Source: Candidatus Harpocratesius repetitus (GTDB lineage Archaea > Asgardarchaeota > Lokiarchaeia > Sigyniarchaeales > Promethearchaeaceae). From it: a stretch of 32,000 bases of DNA. How positions within the stretch are numbered: the stretch's first letter is position 1; every line of letters begins with the position of its first letter. The notes beneath the pieces are model-generated. The model saw nothing but the letters and a program-made list of their open reading frames with translations, was not told the origin of the DNA and did no database searches. Of this stretch, positions 29,333-32,000 are shown in pieces. The position numbers were made by a program, and so were the translations under genes. The DNA lies in assembly GCA_021498095.1 (NCBI GenBank), contig JAIZWK010000001.1, positions 1,020,001-1,052,000 of the forward strand, read 5' to 3'.

Positions 29333-29518
29333 TTATGGAACATCAACATGAATATCAAATTGTTCCAACCATTTCTGCAATTTTGTCATTTCTAACCTTT
29401 TAATATAGCGCTCAACCGGATCTATTAAATTTTCAAATTTTTTCAATAAACCTTCAAATTCTGCCTGTTTTTCTGCAATTTTTGATTTAAAGGTAGTTTT
29501 ATTCGATGTAACATTCAT
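29333..29518 (-). CDS. Small coiled-coil hypothetical protein (61 aa)
   Basis: GGGAGG Shine-Dalgarno at 29532-29527, 8 nt before the ATG; heptad-like pattern. Confidence 0.7.
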   Translation of the reverse strand: MNVTSNKTTFKSKIAEKQAEFEGLLKKFENLIDPVERYIKRLEMTKLQKWLEQFDIHVDVP

Positions 29519-29559
29519 TTTTTAAACCTCCCGCGCGAATTTTGTTATGAAAATCGCAC

Positions 29560-29578
29560 TTCTTCAACATATGAAGAA
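29560..29578. promoter_or_regulatory. Inverted repeat TTCTTCA-N5-TGAAGAA, possible operator
   Basis: Perfect 7-bp inverted repeat 42-60 nt upstream of the 61-aa ORF. Confidence 0.3.
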
Positions 29579-29714
29579 AAATACGCAGATTTAAATCTTA
29601 TCTCTTGGGAAGTCTAAGTCACACGATTATAGAACAAAAAATAGAAATGAATTAAGAAAGAAATAAAAATATTGGTAAAACAAAAATAGAATGAAAGATA
29701 AAAGTACAGATAAT

Positions 29715-29972
29715 TTAAATATAAAGGTTTTCTCTTGATTGTTGTTCTTCTTGCTCAATTTCTTTAAGCATTTTTTCAATTTCTCCATCCATTTCATCCA
29801 AATCTTTCTCAGAAATCTCCTTTCTTGTATTATTCATCTCTTGTTGTTCCTTTTTTGGAATTTCAAAGAAGCGATTGTGAATAATTTCTACAAAATGATC
29901 TAGTTGAATCGGAGTTGGTAAATATGAACTAAAATTGATTTCAATTACAGGTTTCTTATGAGAAACGGTCAT
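29715..29972 (-). CDS. Small hypothetical protein with an acidic C-terminal helix
   Basis: Likely ATG at 29972 (MTVSHKKPVIEINFSSYLP...), although the track starts at 29993; C-terminal E/D/K-rich helix. Confidence 0.6.
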   Translation of the reverse strand: MTVSHKKPVIEINFSSYLPTPIQLDHFVEIIHNRFFEIPKKEQQEMNNTRKEISEKDLDEMDGEIEKMLKEIEQEEQQSRENLYI

Positions 29973-30388
29973 TATCAAGATAAATACCACCAAAAAATTA
30001 TTTTAAACTTGTGGATTCCAATTCTTAGCATTTTTTTTCGAAAAATTTTTGACTTTCACTAAATCTATAAATTTGAATTTTGGGCCAAGAATAGGGTATT
30101 TTTGAATTAGTTCTGTATTGTTGCAACAAAATTATGTTACTTGAAAATAGGCTATAAAATGTAAAATTTTAAATAGATGAATTTCCAATAATTTATATAG
30201 AGAGAGTGAAATCCGATGCGTCGCTCATCTCCAACCCTCTGTTTGCAATAAAATTGTTAAAAAGTGAAAAAATCCCTCAATGGTTTTCAAATTGGTATTT
30301 TGTATCCTAATATAAGATGTGATTGGTTCATATGGGATCTTTTATCGCTCCCGAGTTCCCCATGTTTATTTATTGGATAAAAATACCT

Positions 30389-30419
30389 GGAGGTGGAGAA
30401 TTCTCCCCTCTTCACCTCC
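30389..30419 (-). terminator. GC-rich stem-loop downstream of the DUF429 gene
   Basis: GGAGGTG...CACCTCC 7-bp inverted repeat enclosing the palindrome GAGAATTCTC; on the minus strand it is followed by AGGTATTTTT; about 40 nt after the DUF429 stop. Confidence 0.35.
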
Positions 30420-30459
30420 TTAAATGTCTTAATTAAAAGACAGCACCTTTTATCTTATT

Positions 30460-31209
30460 TTAAAGACTAATTTCTGGGTATACGATCCGTTGTGGTAAAT
30501 TTTGATCATCAAAGGTAGGATTTTCAGGAAATGTTCTTAAATTTCCAACTAATCCTGTAGCTGTTAATGCTAATATCCAAGAATCCAATTTATCATCAAT
30601 TTGAACTTCTTTTGAAGAAAAATCACTTGAAAAAATATCCGTTTCTATTGATATCTCGCACTTATTCATCCAACTTTTTAGCAATTTTAATCTTTCATTA
30701 ATTCCTGCTTTAGATTTTTTGTTATTTTTCATACTTTTCTTGTGATTCATTGCCCAAAAGCAAATTTCAGGATGGCTTTCCCAAATATATCTATTCAAAT
30801 ACAAATTTTGACGTAAAAATAAATCGATTTCCATGATTTTTTTTGAAATATTCCATGTTTGGATGCTAATCCCTTTTTTAGTACATTTCCGGTTAATTTG
30901 ATTTGCATGTTCAAAGTCTTTTGCATATAAAGCACTTCTACAGGGTGGGGTAAAAATACTGCTTGAACGAGGTCTCTTTAAAGAAATTCGGGCAAGTTTA
31001 TCACATTCTCTTGAAACAAATCCCCGTTCTACTAATCCAATAGGTATATCAATTAGTATTCTAGATGCATTTAAAGGAGGATTTCCATATTTAGACCAAA
31101 GATCTTGAATCGTTCTAAATACCTCCCAAGTAATAAAACTATTACAGTAGATGACCGCAGCTATCCAACCACCTCTACATCCATCTACACCCAGAAAAAT
31201 ATTATCCAT
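30460..31209 (-). CDS. DUF429 family predicted nuclease (RNase H-like fold)
   Basis: FLGVDGCRGGWIA, ILIDIPIGL, RECDKLAR, SSIFTPPCR, ESHPEICF, DDKLDS. Confidence 0.88.
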   Translation of the reverse strand: MDNIFLGVDGCRGGWIAAVIYCNSFITWEVFRTIQDLWSKYGNPPLNASRILIDIPIGLVERGFVSRECDKLARISLKRPRSSSIFTPPCRSALYAKDFEHANQINRKCTKKGISIQTWNISKKIMEIDLFLRQNLYLNRYIWESHPEICFWAMNHKKSMKNNKKSKAGINERLKLLKSWMNKCEISIETDIFSSDFSSKEVQIDDKLDSWILALTATGLVGNLRTFPENPTFDDQNLPQRIVYPEISL

Positions 31210-31437
31210 TTTGCAGAATTACTTCCTTTTATTTCATAATCTGATTAAATAATCAAAACTTAACTTCCCTTGATCCGATCCCTTCCCTTATGTCGTTGTT
31301 GATCCTTAAATTTTTTTACTTCGATTAAGAATTTCATTTTTTTTACACCAAATACTCGTTATTTCTTTAATTTAGGAAAATTCTAAATATATTAAATCAG
31401 AAAATGAGATCTCTAATTAAGAAGTCAATTTCAATCC

Positions 31438-31475
31438 AAAAATGAGAAAAAATTGAAAAAATAGATAAAAAAGCT
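31438..31475 (-). terminator. Oligo(T) terminator region after the peroxiredoxin
   Basis: Several T5-T6 runs on the minus strand immediately after the stop at 31481. Confidence 0.4.
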
Positions 31476-31480
31476 AAGTA

Positions 31481-32000
31481 TTATTCTTTCAAAGGTTTAT
31501 GACAGAGCCACCAATCATAACATTCATGATCTTTTGATTTAAGTCTTTCTTGTGCCGTTTTTATATCAGTTGCTGGTGGAACAATTACATGATCTCCAAC
31601 TAATTCACTATTCGGCCAGTTAGCAGGAATTGCCACCTTATTTTTATCTGAAATTTGCAGAATTTTAACAATTCGTAGAATTTCTTCCATATTTCTTCCA
31701 ATTTCTTGTGGATAGAATAGAATAATTCGAATAATTCCTTCAGTATCTACGACAAACACCGCTCTAACTGTGCTGGCACCTTTTCCTGGATGAACCATTC
31801 CCATGGTTTTAGCTACTACTCCATGATCAGCAATGATAGGAAATTGAATTTCTTGTTTTAGGTTTTCTTTTATCCATTCGGTCCATTTAATATGGCTGAA
31901 TACCTGATCTATAGATAAACCAATCAATTCACAGTTGAGCTTCTTGAAATCTTCATAATGTTTCGCAAAACTATAAAATTCAGTAGTACACACAGGAGTA
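31481..32000 (-). CDS. Peroxiredoxin, Prx6/archaeal thioredoxin-peroxidase type, 5'-truncated by the window edge
   Basis: TPVCTTEF peroxidatic Cys (TGT), [36 protein letters not shown] and a C-terminal CYDWWLC. Confidence 0.95.
   Translation of the reverse strand, partial: TPVCTTEFYSFAKHYEDFKKLNCELIGLSIDQVFSHIKWTEWIKENLKQEIQFPIIADHGVVAKTMGMVHPGKGASTVRAVFVVDTEGIIRIILFYPQEIGRNMEEILRIVKILQISDKNKVAIPANWPNSELVGDHVIVPPATDIKTAQERLKSKDHECYDWWLCHKPLKE

Noticed and set aside
30200-30245. SECIS element or known riboswitch (ATGA/GTGA-containing hairpin)
   Set aside because: The stem is too short for SECIS geometry, no in-frame TGA selenoprotein is nearby, and it does not match the fluoride or cyclic-dinucleotide riboswitch consensus.
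30332-30436. 34-aa plus-strand ORF MGSFIAPEFPMFIYWIKIPGGGEFSPLHLLKCLN
   Set aside because: No SD or homology cue; it probably arises from the GC-rich hairpin sequence.
31260-31337. 25-aa basic minus-strand ORF MKFLIEVKKFKDQQRHKGRDRIKGS
   Set aside because: Too short to support, with only a weak GGTG upstream.
31981-32000. Selenocysteine peroxiredoxin
   Set aside because: The peroxidatic codon is TGT (Cys), not TGA.
1-32000. CRISPR array, tRNA or rRNA genes
   Set aside because: No regularly spaced repeats, cloverleaf T-loop signatures or rRNA-like GC-rich stretches were seen by eye; tRNAscan and CRISPR finders would confirm.

Overview
AT-rich prokaryotic chromosomal window, most likely archaeal and probably Asgard/Lokiarchaeia-like. 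This is inferred from an ISH3-type transposase, an archaeal AbrB-PhoU regulator, an archaeal-type Prx6 and a giant polytopic membrane protein; it is not proven. From left to right: 5'-truncated mutS, an orphan N4/N6 DNA methyltransferase, then a decaying accessory island (~4.1-10.1 kb). The island holds an ISH3 transposase with a nonsense codon, an intact coupled DprA + phosphoribosyltransferase pair (ShosTA-like), PIN, ICMT and MFS-like remnants, and an intact antitoxin/Doc pair. Next come an EFR1 flavodoxin-ferredoxin, an AbrB-PhoU regulator and an intact 12.9-kb ORF encoding a 4296-aa almost entirely hydrophobic membrane protein. After that lie a small membrane protein, a GH13 amylase, a cluster of small proteins (including a 54-aa ORF missed by the track that resembles its neighbour), DUF429 and a 5'-truncated peroxiredoxin. 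No rRNA, tRNA or CRISPR array was seen. The best candidates for undescribed biology are the giant membrane protein, the archaeal DprA-PRTase module and the small paralogous protein pair.
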